Shown piece after piece: positions 9,980 to 19,413 of a DNA stretch of 64,000 nucleotides. Origin of the DNA: a virus. Its lineage: Duplodnaviria; Caudoviricetes. Under the pieces are notes generated by a model that did no database searches, was not told the DNA's origin, and saw only the letters and a program-made list of their open reading frames with translations. Every line of letters starts with the position of its first letter. Position 1 is the stretch's first letter. The stretch spans positions 4,280 to 68,279 of IMG/VR virus record IMGVR_UViG_3300005680_000114. One strand, written 5' to 3'. Made by a program: the position numbers and the translations under genes.

Positions 9980-10300
9980 ATGGAGTTGGGTTCTGGTGAG
10001 TTGCTTGCGATCGGGGGTGCTTTAGGAGCGGCAGCGGCCGCCGTCATCAATGCCATAAGCAACGCCGTCATCGCTGGAAGGAAACAGCCCTTCGATCAAG
10101 CGATGGTCATGGTCGGCAAGTTGGAAGAGCGCATCGACGCATTGGCCAGGGCGCATAAGGAGTGCCAAGATCAGCACGCATCGCAGCAATTGGAGATCGG
10201 AGCCCTACGCGAAGAGGTCCGCTATCTACGCGCGGAGTTGAATTGTTATGAGCAAGAAAAGTCACCGCCTCAAACGCCGCCGGATCCGGCAGCGCGATAG
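9980..10300 (+). CDS. Membrane protein with coiled-coil (holin-like candidate)
   Basis: N-terminal TM (LLAIGGALGAAAAAVINAI) then a heptad-like charged tail. Confidence 0.55.
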   Translation: MELGSGELLAIGGALGAAAAAVINAISNAVIAGRKQPFDQAMVMVGKLEERIDALARAHKECQDQHASQQLEIGALREEVRYLRAELNCYEQEKSPPQTPPDPAAR

Positions 10301-10907
10301 GCGGAAAGCCCAAGGGAGAAAGCCCGTGTATACCGAAGACGCCCCGCAGCAAGAGTCACCCGTGTACGTCGACGACTTGCCGTTTCCGGATCCCGCGAAC
10401 CCGACGCCGCCGCCCCAGGCCCACACCGGCCCCGTGAACAACGCGGCGCCGGCTGCTACGCCGGGACTCGACGTCAACGCCGTCGCTGCCAAGCTAATCG
10501 CCGAAAACCCAGAACTGGCAAAGGCCTTTGTTGCTTCAGTGCAGAACGGTCCGGCGCAGCAGATGGCCATGCCGCACCCGGCGTTCGATCCGGAAGCCGT
10601 CCTCAAGAAGCAAACGGAAGAGCTTCGTATGGGGATCGGCAATATCCATCGTGAGTTTCGCGCCATTCAGCAGGCGCCGATGGAAGTCTTGCTCACGGCC
10701 GCGTCGCACATGCTCGACGTCGGTCGTTACGTCGTGCTCGAGTACGCCAAACGCGGGCAGACGATCACGTTGCGGCAAGGATTGCTCTACGTGATTCGCA
10801 CCATAGAGGCGGCCGAAGGTAAAGGCCCGTTCGCTCTTCTCGCGGCGCTCGACGCCCATGGTCCGGCAAGCCAGATTCAAAACGGCCAACTGCGAGCCGC
10901 GCCGTAG
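10248..10907 (+). CDS. Hypothetical protein
   Basis: 219-aa ORF with basic N-terminus and Pro-rich linker; ends convergent with the recombinase. Confidence 0.65.
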   Translation: MSKKSHRLKRRRIRQRDRRKAQGRKPVYTEDAPQQESPVYVDDLPFPDPANPTPPPQAHTGPVNNAAPAATPGLDVNAVAAKLIAENPELAKAFVASVQNGPAQQMAMPHPAFDPEAVLKKQTEELRMGIGNIHREFRAIQQAPMEVLLTAASHMLDVGRYVVLEYAKRGQTITLRQGLLYVIRTIEAAEGKGPFALLAALDAHGPASQIQNGQLRAAP

Positions 10908-10911
10908 CGAT

Positions 10912-11847
10912 TCATCCTGTAGGGCGCGAACGTCTACGTCGCTTCTTCGGCGATATAGGCGTCGCGCCCTGCGGTAATTGTGCCCAGCCTTCAGCCAGTC
11001 CGATCTTGTAGCCGGCTTGGCATTTGTCGGGCGTCCAGAAACGCGGCTTGCCGTTGCCGAAGAACGGCCACGCTCGATACGGCCGCCCCGTCTTCGCCGC
11101 AAGCTCCCTCTCGATCATATCGCTGACGGCACGCCACGCCGGCGGCTGCGGCGAAGAGTGCCGAATGTTGACGATCGCTTGCATGACGGCGCGTTGCTCG
11201 AGATCCGGAACCCAATCCTTGCTACCGCCCCCCAGCGGTCGAAAGCCGAGCGGATCCCCCGGGCCGATCTTTGCGCCCTTCTTCTTCTGCAGCGCCTTGA
11301 TCTCGAGCATGCGTTCGCTCTTCAGCGCGCTTTCGAACTCGGCGAACACGGCCGCCATCTGCATGAACGCACGGCCGGCGGCGGTCCGCGTGTCGTAGTT
11401 GTTATCGAGGAACACGCAGGTGATGCCGCGTCGCTGCCATTGCTCCCACATATTGCAGAGATCGCCCGTGTTGCGGAAGCTACGGTCGAGACGGGAGAAC
11501 AGCACGATGTCGCCTTCGCTCAGCTTGGCGTTCAGGCGGATCCCGGCGTCGCGCTGCAGGAACTTGCTCTTGAATGCGCTCTTGGCGAGATCCATGTAGA
11601 TCCCGTCGGTGCGATCGGCATCCAGCCGAAGATAGTTGCCTTGGCCGTCTTTCTTCACGCGGCCGTTGGCGTCGAGATCCGGGCCCCCCATCCAGCCGTC
11701 GGTCGCCCACGTGTAGCCGGGCAACGCGTCGATCGATGTTTGATAGTCGAACCAGCGACGCATCTTGTCGATGGCCGTCTCCGGGCTCAAGCCGCTGGCG
11801 GCACTGTCACGGTGCGAGACACGCACGTAACCATAGACGAAGGGCAT
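10912..11847 (-). CDS. Serine recombinase (resolvase/invertase family)
   Basis: YGYVRVS catalytic Ser motif; SAFK; GDIVLFSRLDRSFRN; TAAGR..MQMAAVFAEFES; GxxPLGF. Confidence 0.92.
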   Translation of the reverse strand: MPFVYGYVRVSHRDSAASGLSPETAIDKMRRWFDYQTSIDALPGYTWATDGWMGGPDLDANGRVKKDGQGNYLRLDADRTDGIYMDLAKSAFKSKFLQRDAGIRLNAKLSEGDIVLFSRLDRSFRNTGDLCNMWEQWQRRGITCVFLDNNYDTRTAAGRAFMQMAAVFAEFESALKSERMLEIKALQKKKGAKIGPGDPLGFRPLGGGSKDWVPDLEQRAVMQAIVNIRHSSPQPPAWRAVSDMIERELAAKTGRPYRAWPFFGNGKPRFWTPDKCQAGYKIGLAEGWAQLPQGATPISPKKRRRRSRPTG

Positions 11848-11865
11848 GAGCTTTACCCTTAGAAA

Positions 11866-12162
11866 TCAGGATTTGCGCGGGAGGAAGCTGTTGATTAACG
11901 CTTGCCGAAGTGGCTCCGGAATGTCTTTATCGGCATTGAGCCGGTAAGACACTTTGAGCGTTTGACCTGGGACGATCGGCTGATCGCCGGTAGGAAACGC
12001 ACACTGTTTGAAGATGCCGCATGCTTCGAACTGCGTGCCGATGAACGTCGTCGGTGAAGTGACGTCAACCTCGCCGTAAAACACCAGTGTCGATCGGTCC
12101 CAATCAACGCGGTCGGACTTGACGGGAATTACGCGTCCGTCGTCTGTTCTGACAGAGAGCAT
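11866..12162 (-). CDS. Hypothetical protein
   Basis: 98-aa ORF; same upstream TAAGGGTAAAGC element as the recombinase. Confidence 0.6.
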   Translation of the reverse strand: MLSVRTDDGRVIPVKSDRVDWDRSTLVFYGEVDVTSPTTFIGTQFEACGIFKQCAFPTGDQPIVPGQTLKVSYRLNADKDIPEPLRQALINSFLPRKS

Positions 12163-12300
12163 GGGCTTTACCCTTAATGAAAGAACCCGCGACGCGGCTG
12201 CTCACGACCACCCGGGGAGTCCGAAGACACGGGCTATCGTAAGACTCGGTTACCACGCCTCTCGCCGCGTCGCGGGTGAAGGATTGTAACGGGTTAAGGT

Positions 12301-12618
12301 TTACTGTTGAAAGAGCGTTCGCGGCTTCACCTGCTCGAGCACGCCCAACGTCGCGATTCGCTCGCGTTCGGCGTTTTCGCAGATCCGCTTGGCCCCCTCT
12401 TCGCTCGTCGACGTCGGCCGCGTCGGATCCGCCGCGATGAGCACGCGCTTGCCGGCGTCTTGGCCGATCGTCATCGCTTCAAACGGCATCAAGTGCCGCT
12501 GCGCGTTGGTCATCTTCTGGCCTTCGACGCGGTGCATGCGCCGCACGGCGTAGCGTCCGCATTTGGAGCGGCAGACTTTGAAGTCGCGAATCGTTTCCCA
12601 CTTATGCCACTGCAACAC
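12301..12618 (-). CDS. Hypothetical protein
   Basis: GTG start after an AGGAG RBS; ORF co-oriented with its neighbours. Confidence 0.55.
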   Translation of the reverse strand: MLQWHKWETIRDFKVCRSKCGRYAVRRMHRVEGQKMTNAQRHLMPFEAMTIGQDAGKRVLIAADPTRPTSTSEEGAKRICENAERERIATLGVLEQVKPRTLFQQ

Positions 12619-12793
12619 GATCAAACTCCTAGAACAAGGTGAAAGGTTTAGCGCAGGTGGATTTCCCAAGGCGGATCAACTTGTGGGCCTTGGTCATCGT
12701 CGACGGTATTTGATTTGATGAATAGAACGACCAATGCAGTGAGGATGACGATCAACATGACAATCCCTAGATGGTCTAAGAACTCGCGAAATC

Positions 12794-13330
12794 TCATGCG
12801 TACCTCTTGCCGCTGGTGATTCTGCTGATCGTGCTGTGTGCGACACCGAATTTTCGAGCTATCGCCGTTGTTCCCATCTTCCGTTCAGTGTGTAGTTTTC
12901 GAATTTCGGCCACTTGCTTATCCGTGAACTTTGCCTGATGGCACTGCGACCCCTTCGGCGATGGAAAGTTGCGCAGTCCGATCCGCACGGCGTGCCGCAT
13001 GTTCTGACTCGGTGTTGCGTATTCCAGATTGCCGAGTCGGCAGTTAGCCTTCTTTCCGTCCTTGTGGTTGATTTCGTGCCCCGCTGGAACCGGACCGACG
13101 AACGCCAGCATCACTAAGCCGTGGACGTTCTTGCGAATTTGCCGTCCGTTCCCACAAAGCGCAACCTTGCGGTATCCGTACTGGTTCGGATTCGTGCCGA
13201 TGATGTGCCACTCGTCAGTAAGACCGCGATGCGCGCCGCCGGTCGACCACCGCGATCGAACTCGGCCGCGGTCGCTGACCTGATAACCAACGGACCCCGG
13301 CACGTCCCGCCACTCTTCACGCTTCGCCAT
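12794..13330 (-). CDS. NUMOD4-HNH homing endonuclease
   Basis: EEWRDVPG..YQVSDRGRVRS (NUMOD4); VHGLVMLAF..INHKDGKKANCRLGNLEY (HNH); C-terminal HTH. Confidence 0.92.
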   Translation of the reverse strand: MAKREEWRDVPGSVGYQVSDRGRVRSRWSTGGAHRGLTDEWHIIGTNPNQYGYRKVALCGNGRQIRKNVHGLVMLAFVGPVPAGHEINHKDGKKANCRLGNLEYATPSQNMRHAVRIGLRNFPSPKGSQCHQAKFTDKQVAEIRKLHTERKMGTTAIARKFGVAHSTISRITSGKRYA

Positions 13331-13479
13331 AAGAAAAACTCCGCAAGGCTTCGCTACCCTACCCCGGGCCGATTCGGCGGCCCGCTCAATGCTCCGTGAT
13401 TCGTCGAGAACTGACGGCATAACGGATAACGCCACCCAGGCCCCGTGCTGCGACACGGGGCGAACGTGGGGCTACTCGC

Positions 13480-14493
13480 CTAGCTCTGGCGGCGCATCAC
13501 GATGATGGTGGTCGCAACGCCGGTTTGCTTGAACGCTTCGGCCCCCGTGAAGGCACCGGCTTCGACCGGAATCGACTGGTACCCGTGCTGATTGAGGAAG
13601 TCGCGGAACGTCGCCGACTTTCGATCCTGCCGATACAGCGGCCCCGTGCTGATGAGCGAGACGAGAATGCCGCCCGGCTTCAGGCAGTTGAACGCCATTT
13701 GCGTATGCTCGGCGTCTTGGCCGTTTTCGAAGGGGGCGTTCATCACGACGCGATCGAAGGCGAGCGGCGGCCGGAAGCTGTCGAACCCCATCCGCCACGT
13801 GCCGGCGAGGAAGTCCGCACCGATCCAGCGATACCCCTTGAGCTCGAGCACGTCGGCACACTTCGGCATGATCTCGATGCAGAACACGTTGCAATTCGGC
13901 TGGGCCCGCTTGACGGCGTCCGCCAAGTGCCCCAGGCCGGCGGACGGCTCGAGCACCGCGTTGCCCGGATTGATGCAGGCCAATTCCGCCATGCGATCGG
14001 CGAGCTTGGCCGGCGTCGGGAAGAATCCCGGGATCTTCTGAAACCGCAGGCTGTTTTCGATGTCTTCGATCTGGCGGCGGATCTTCAACGCTTCAGCGTC
14101 TTCGCTGGCGGCGGTACCGAGCACCGCGTCAACGAGTTGCTGCAGGGCGATGCCGATCGGCGTCGTGTCGGAATACTTGCCCGTCGTTCGCAAGTAGTCG
14201 CCGGTGCGGTCCGATTCGAGACGCATCAGCTTGAGCACTTCGGTCTTGCTCTTGATGCCGGCGAGCGCCAACGGGAGCGAACCGTTGTCGGTCGCTTCGG
14301 CCAACGCGTAGAGCCCCTTCTGGCCGCTTTCGAGTTGATCGGCATCGAACAGTCGGGAGTGATATTCCCGCAGTCGTTTGTGCGTCGCGTTTTGAGACAT
14401 GGGACGTCGCTTCTCCTGAATCTCGGCCGTCATACGATCGGCCAAATCGCGGAACTTCTTACCGAGGGGCGTGACTGCGGAAGCAATCGACAT
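13480..14493 (-). CDS. N6-adenine-type DNA methyltransferase (class I SAM-dependent)
   Basis: GFFPTP; VLEPSAGLGHL motif I; VVMNAPF (variant of NPPF); N-terminal extension. Confidence 0.85.
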   Translation of the reverse strand: MSIASAVTPLGKKFRDLADRMTAEIQEKRRPMSQNATHKRLREYHSRLFDADQLESGQKGLYALAEATDNGSLPLALAGIKSKTEVLKLMRLESDRTGDYLRTTGKYSDTTPIGIALQQLVDAVLGTAASEDAEALKIRRQIEDIENSLRFQKIPGFFPTPAKLADRMAELACINPGNAVLEPSAGLGHLADAVKRAQPNCNVFCIEIMPKCADVLELKGYRWIGADFLAGTWRMGFDSFRPPLAFDRVVMNAPFENGQDAEHTQMAFNCLKPGGILVSLISTGPLYRQDRKSATFRDFLNQHGYQSIPVEAGAFTGAEAFKQTGVATTIIVMRRQS

Positions 14494-14582
14494 ACGGCGG
14501 ACTCCTTGAACGTGGTAACCCCAGCACCGCGCTGGCACCTTGACCAACCGACTATCGCCAGATGGTCAAGGAGTGAGAGCGG

Positions 14583-14843
14583 TTAGGCCATTTCGCGAAC
14601 GAAGGCGAGCCAGTCGCGAGGCCCGGAATCGAATCCGCGGAAACGGCCGTTCACGTGGTCGAGCTCGTCGATGACACCTTCCGTATCGCGATAGAAGATC
14701 CGACGGCCAGGGAAGGAGTTATGAACTTCCTCAACAACTGCCTCCGCGTCATTCGTGATAGTGCGTGCTCCGTCATTTAGGTCGGCGATCAGAACGTACT
14801 TTTCGGTGACCGTCTCGTAGTCGTAATGGGCTTGAGCTTTCAT
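14583..14843 (-). CDS. Conserved small phage protein
   Basis: IADL..GARTITNDAEAVV..IFYRDTEG..DEL pattern; RBS GGAGAAAG. Confidence 0.65.
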   Translation of the reverse strand: MKAQAHYDYETVTEKYVLIADLNDGARTITNDAEAVVEEVHNSFPGRRIFYRDTEGVIDELDHVNGRFRGFDSGPRDWLAFVREMA

Positions 14844-14857
14844 GCTTTCTCCGTTGC

Positions 14858-15175
14858 TCACAGGTAGTATTTCTCTAACCAAGCCACTTCAAACGCGATG
14901 GCCGCTTCGCGATGACGGAACGGCCCGTAGAACCCGCCGCCGCTGGGCGTGAGATCCACAATCCACTTGCACGGCCAACGACGCGTGAACCAAGCCACGA
15001 CGCCCGTCTCGCCGTACCGATCGCGCAGCCGGCGGAAGACGGCCCGCAACAGGTGATTGCACGGCAACACATTGCTGGCGCGTCGCTTGGTAGCCTGCCC
15101 CAATTCATCCATTGGCAATCTGGGGTCGGCGATCATTCGGACGTCCCCATTTTTCGGGATGACGATTAAGGTCAT
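14858..15175 (-). CDS. Small partner of the AAA/DUF1257 module
   Basis: TLIVIP.NGDVR..ELGQ..KRRAS.V..W.VDL.P.GG..YGPF..R..A.A.EVAWLE, a pattern recalled from genes neighbouring DUF1257/DUF3150 operons. Confidence 0.65.
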   Translation of the reverse strand: MTLIVIPKNGDVRMIADPRLPMDELGQATKRRASNVLPCNHLLRAVFRRLRDRYGETGVVAWFTRRWPCKWIVDLTPSGGGFYGPFRHREAAIAFEVAWLEKYYL

Positions 15176-15638
15176 GCCAACACTCTCCTTTGATAATTCG
15201 CCTGATTTGCGTTCTCTCGATCCCGTACTTGGCAGCAAGCCGCGTGTAGTGGTGCGGCGTCGGCTCGTTTCGAATCGCCTCGATCTGCGCCACCGTCAGC
15301 TTGATGTTGCCGTTGCGGGAGCGCCCCTTCTTCCGGCAGTCGTGAATGTTGTCAAGCTGCGTGCCGAGCCACAGATGAGCGGGATTCACGCATCGCGGAT
15401 TGTCGCACTTGTGCAGCACTTGCTTGCGGTTTGGAATCTCGCCGTAAACGATCAGGTACATCATGCGATGGGCGAGTACCGTGGCGGGCTTCCGTCCGTT
15501 GGCGCTGCGTCGACGCACTTTTACTTGCCCGTAGCCAAGCGAGCCCGTCGTTGATCGTTTCCATGTCCAGCAACCGTCGGCGATGTTGACGTTGGCCCAA
15601 AAGCGACGTTCGTCGAAGATCAAGTCGTTGATACGCAT
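15105..15638 (-). CDS. HNH homing endonuclease
   Basis: CWTWK..GYGQV..AHRMMY..VLHKCDNPRCVNPAHLWLGTQLDN; C-terminal HTH. Confidence 0.92.
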   Translation of the reverse strand: MRINDLIFDERRFWANVNIADGCWTWKRSTTGSLGYGQVKVRRRSANGRKPATVLAHRMMYLIVYGEIPNRKQVLHKCDNPRCVNPAHLWLGTQLDNIHDCRKKGRSRNGNIKLTVAQIEAIRNEPTPHHYTRLAAKYGIERTQIRRIIKGECWHDLNRHPEKWGRPNDRRPQIANG

Positions 15639-15640
15639 TG

Positions 15641-16036
15641 CTATTCGCTGCCCTTGAAGAACTGGCGGAAGTCTGCGGGATGCTCCTTCAGGACGAACTC
15701 GGCCAGCAACGGGTAGCCGTTGGGAGTGATGATGTCGGCTTCGTACATGACGTTCTTGGTCTTGCTCGCCATGTGAACGCGGATCGAGCGGGCGTTGTCG
15801 GCCTTGCGTCGTCCGTTGGACACCATGCCGACGATCGTATGCCCGTCGCGAACCGCTTCCCGCAGCATGATGCAGACGAACGATTCACCGGGAGCGACGA
15901 CAAATCCGGTCCCCTGATGGCCGATGGCGATGATCTGCGACGGCAAGTTGGAGTCTTTGGCGAACGAGTTACGCACCTTCCGTAGCACGTCCCGCACCCG
16001 TTCGTCGAAGTTGTAGGCGAACAGACTGGCGACCAT
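15641..16036 (-). CDS. Hypothetical protein
   Basis: ORF in a co-oriented operon; start uncertain (16036 or 16054). Confidence 0.6.
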   Translation of the reverse strand: MVASLFAYNFDERVRDVLRKVRNSFAKDSNLPSQIIAIGHQGTGFVVAPGESFVCIMLREAVRDGHTIVGMVSNGRRKADNARSIRVHMASKTKNVMYEADIITPNGYPLLAEFVLKEHPADFRQFFKGSE

Positions 16037-16129
16037 TGGAACCCCCTTGGACATTCAAGCGGCTTGAATGCCTGCCGTGCGAACAGCACACGGCAGGCGA
16101 TCGAGACGCCGGAACAACGAAAACGGCGC

Positions 16130-17092
16130 CTACGCTGCATTGCCGCGGCGAACAACGCGACGGCGGGGTTTGTCGACCATCATGCCTTGCAACTGCTCGG
16201 CGATCGTGTTCATGTTCCCGGCGATGTGCTGACGCAACACTTGTTGCGCCGTGGTGACTTCGCCGCCTTCCGGACGAATCGCGTTCGGATCCACGCCGGC
16301 GACCATCTGTTGAGCTTGAGCGACGAGAGCTTCGAGTTGATCGTTGCTCTTGATGCTCATGTGCTGGAACTTCTTGAAAAAGTCGCTCAGGTTGGTCACC
16401 GTGCTATCCTTGAACGCCTTGGCCTTGCCGTCGTCGTTCGTGCCGGTGAGGCGTTCGGCCAAGTGCGAAACCAACTGCTCAAATTCGCCGATGAACGCCT
16501 GCTCGGCCATGCTGACGGCTTCGTCGAACCGGGCCACGATGCGTTGACGCTCTTGCTCGTAGAGCTTGGGATTGAGCGTCCGCAGGTATTCCGGCGGCGT
16601 GACGTTGGGGAAATCCCACGACGCGTCGAACAGGCCGATGACGCTGGCGGGATAGTCCGACGCGCTGTAGAGCGATCCGAGCTTGGCTTGCGCCTTGTAC
16701 CGGAGATCGAGGTACACTTCGTCGAGCTCGCGAACCGCTTCGTGCAACGCCAAGCGCCCGGCTTCGAGGTTCGTGTTGAGCGTGAGCACGTCTTGCTCGC
16801 GGATCAGACGCAAGCCCGGTTCGGGATACGGCAACGTGAGATCGTGCCACGCACGGGCCATGCGGCTCTTGATGCTCGACACGGCCCGATACTTTTCGTG
16901 CTTGGTGTCGATGATCTTCTTGGCCGCGCTCAAGAATTCGCCGTCGGCACCGAAACGATCGGCCGCCTGCGCCTTCTGCTCGTCGGACAACGCACGCTTG
17001 ACGCCCCACGTGGTGAAGCTGACCCGCGTCGCACGGAAGTCCGCGATAAGCGTCTCCGTCGCGGCAGGCGTGATCGATCCTTGCATGTTCAT
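16130..17092 (-). CDS. DUF3150-like protein
   Basis: RVSFTTWGVKRAL..LSAAKKIIDT..TLPYPEPGLRLI..LGSLY.ASDYP; adjacent to AAA/DUF1257/DUF2997. Confidence 0.75.
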   Translation of the reverse strand: MNMQGSITPAATETLIADFRATRVSFTTWGVKRALSDEQKAQAADRFGADGEFLSAAKKIIDTKHEKYRAVSSIKSRMARAWHDLTLPYPEPGLRLIREQDVLTLNTNLEAGRLALHEAVRELDEVYLDLRYKAQAKLGSLYSASDYPASVIGLFDASWDFPNVTPPEYLRTLNPKLYEQERQRIVARFDEAVSMAEQAFIGEFEQLVSHLAERLTGTNDDGKAKAFKDSTVTNLSDFFKKFQHMSIKSNDQLEALVAQAQQMVAGVDPNAIRPEGGEVTTAQQVLRQHIAGNMNTIAEQLQGMMVDKPRRRVVRRGNAA

Positions 17093-17227
17093 AAGCGACT
17101 CCCTTGTGATGATGCCCCGTGTGGTAGGCGGGGCGGAAAAAATCGGCCGGCTACCCTACCGGACCCGAAATCGGCGGGCTCTCATTCCAGTGCCAATTCA
17201 GGAGAATTGGCGGCGATGGACTACGCG

Positions 17228-17482
17228 CTACTCTGACGCCGAAGCTGTCGCGGAATCCGTCGGCATGTAGGCACCGGCCGCGTCCAGCGAATTCAGCGTG
17301 TCGTCAATCGCGGCAATGGCGTCTTCGACTTCCTCGTACACGTTCGTTAGACCGCGAACGTCGGCGATTGCAGATAGCTTCGCCAATTCGTTTTGAGCAT
17401 CGGCGATGTGCTTTCGCTCCGTCGCGATGCGGTCCTTCAATTCCTCGTTCGGCATGTCGTCGCGCAATTCGTCTTTCGGCAT
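17228..17482 (-). CDS. Hypothetical helical protein
   Basis: MPKDELRDD.. with a GGGAG RBS. Confidence 0.6.
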   Translation of the reverse strand: MPKDELRDDMPNEELKDRIATERKHIADAQNELAKLSAIADVRGLTNVYEEVEDAIAAIDDTLNSLDAAGAYMPTDSATASASE

Positions 17483-17561
17483 AAAGAACTCCCTCATGTG
17501 GTAAGAGAAACGGCAACCAGCCCCGACCCCGCGCCGCAGCACGGGGGCGGAATGGATGCCG

Positions 17562-19070
17562 TTACTTGGCCCGAACGACGCGACGTTTGGAAATCGCCTC
17601 TTCGGCGACGCGGCGTTGATAGGCGCCGCTACGATTCGCGTCGAGGAAGCCGCGGGCTTCCGACATGCTGCGGAGCTCGGCGATCGCGGCCGACGACGAC
17701 TTCGCGACGGGCACGACGTTCTTGGACGCTTCGACAAACGTGATGCCCAACAGCGACGCGAGACGGCAGCACGACTTGATCTCGGCACCGGTCCAATTCG
17801 TGTCATCGACTTGGTCGAGGGTGACGTCGTCGACGATGTCGAACGCCTTCAGGTACATATCCCAAATGACGTCGCGTTGCTCGGCGGACGGGAGATCGAT
17901 GAAGAAGATCCCGTCGAAGCGCTCGGCACGGGTGAAGGCGCCGGCCGACACTTGCGAGAGCTTGCTGATGTCGTTGCACGTGCCGACGAAGAACACGTCG
18001 CTCGTATGGTCGTTCAACCACGTCAGCAGCGTGCCCAACATGCGGCTGCTCACGCCGCTGTCACCGTTGTGGCCGCCCGTCGCACCGCTCAAGCCCTTCT
18101 CGATCTCGTCGCAGAACAGGATGCAAGGAGCCATCGCGTCGACGGCCGCGAGAGCCCGACGCGTGTTCTCTTCGGTCTGGCCCACCAAGCCGCCCATCAG
18201 GGCACCGAAGTCGAGCATGACGGTCGGACGCGACGTCTCCGTGCCGAGCGCCTTGGCGAACGCGGACTTACCGCCGCCGGCCACGCCCAACAGCAGCACG
18301 CCCTTGGCCTTGGCCTTGGTGCTCGTCGACAACAGGGCCCGCTTGCAGAACGTCTTGAGCCCGTCCAGGCCGCCGAGATCGTCGAACGTCTCATTGCCGC
18401 GATAGAGCTCGAGCGTGCCCGTCTTCTTGAGCATGCTTTGCTTCAGTTCCCACAGCACGCTGACGTCGAGCTTGGCATGACGGGCCAGCGACAGCGAAAA
18501 CGCGCCTTCGGCCTCGTAACGGGTGAGCCCGGCCGCCGCGTCGAGCAAACGCGTCAACTCGCCGTCGTCATCGCTCGGGATCTCTTCGGACGACGCCACG
18601 CCGTTGAGCACGTTGAGCAGCGTTTCGCGGTCCGGCAACGCGTGCTCGATGGTGACGAAGCTCTTCTCCAATTCGACGGGCAGTTGCACCGTCGGCGACA
18701 GGATGACGATGAACGTGCGGCGATCCTTGCCGGCGCTAATGGCGTGCTGCACGGCTTGCGTCAGTTGCAAATCGTTGGCCAACAGGCGATTGAACGACGG
18801 AATGACGAGCAGAATCGCGCCGTTGCCAATGGCCTTCTGATCGTAGTGGGAACGCACGGCAGCGACCGCGTCGGGATTGCCGTCGCCGTTGTGGCCGGTG
18901 TTCAGGTCGAACGTGTGGACGATCCAATCGTTCTCGGGGGCGACTTCGCGGATCTCCCGCAGCGCCTCGTCGAATTCGTTGGTCTGCACGTAGATGCCGG
19001 TAAAGCACGCGTCGACGTATTCGGTCAAACGCGTTTGCAGAGCGGTGCGGACCGGAGCGGACGTAGCCAT
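17562..19070 (-). CDS. AAA+ ATPase, Ycf46-like
   Basis: Inactive-looking N-terminal module; Walker A GVAGGGKS, Walker B ILFCDEIEKG, sensor GTCN, R-finger AERFDGIFF. Confidence 0.93.
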   Translation of the reverse strand: MATSAPVRTALQTRLTEYVDACFTGIYVQTNEFDEALREIREVAPENDWIVHTFDLNTGHNGDGNPDAVAAVRSHYDQKAIGNGAILLVIPSFNRLLANDLQLTQAVQHAISAGKDRRTFIVILSPTVQLPVELEKSFVTIEHALPDRETLLNVLNGVASSEEIPSDDDGELTRLLDAAAGLTRYEAEGAFSLSLARHAKLDVSVLWELKQSMLKKTGTLELYRGNETFDDLGGLDGLKTFCKRALLSTSTKAKAKGVLLLGVAGGGKSAFAKALGTETSRPTVMLDFGALMGGLVGQTEENTRRALAAVDAMAPCILFCDEIEKGLSGATGGHNGDSGVSSRMLGTLLTWLNDHTSDVFFVGTCNDISKLSQVSAGAFTRAERFDGIFFIDLPSAEQRDVIWDMYLKAFDIVDDVTLDQVDDTNWTGAEIKSCCRLASLLGITFVEASKNVVPVAKSSSAAIAELRSMSEARGFLDANRSGAYQRRVAEEAISKRRVVRAK

Positions 19071-19140
19071 AAGCAGAACTCCCGAACGTGTGGTAAGACG
19101 ATGACAATACCCAGATGGTCAAGCGGACGCAAACAGCGGA

Positions 19141-19326
19141 CTATTGGCGGGCTTGTTGGCCCACGCCTTCGGACGCGTAGAACTCGGGCAGCTTCTTATC
19201 GTCGGTGACGACGCCCAGAGCTTGCTCAAGCTGCTTGGTCGCGTCTTGGCACGACTTGCCCTTGTAGCCGGACGTCTGCACCGTCGTTTCGCCCGTCGGC
19301 GTGACGATGACTTCGATCTTCTTCAT
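19141..19326 (-). CDS. DUF2997-like protein
   Basis: KKIEVIVTPTGETTVQTSGYKGKSCQDATKQLEQALG. Confidence 0.8.
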   Translation of the reverse strand: MKKIEVIVTPTGETTVQTSGYKGKSCQDATKQLEQALGVVTDDKKLPEFYASEGVGQQARQ

Positions 19327-19413
19327 GGTGACCTCGCTTGAATAAAACAGCCCGAATGGTGAATAAACCTGCATAAACCGGAATAAATCCCGGCTTTCTG
19401 TGAATACCGGGAA

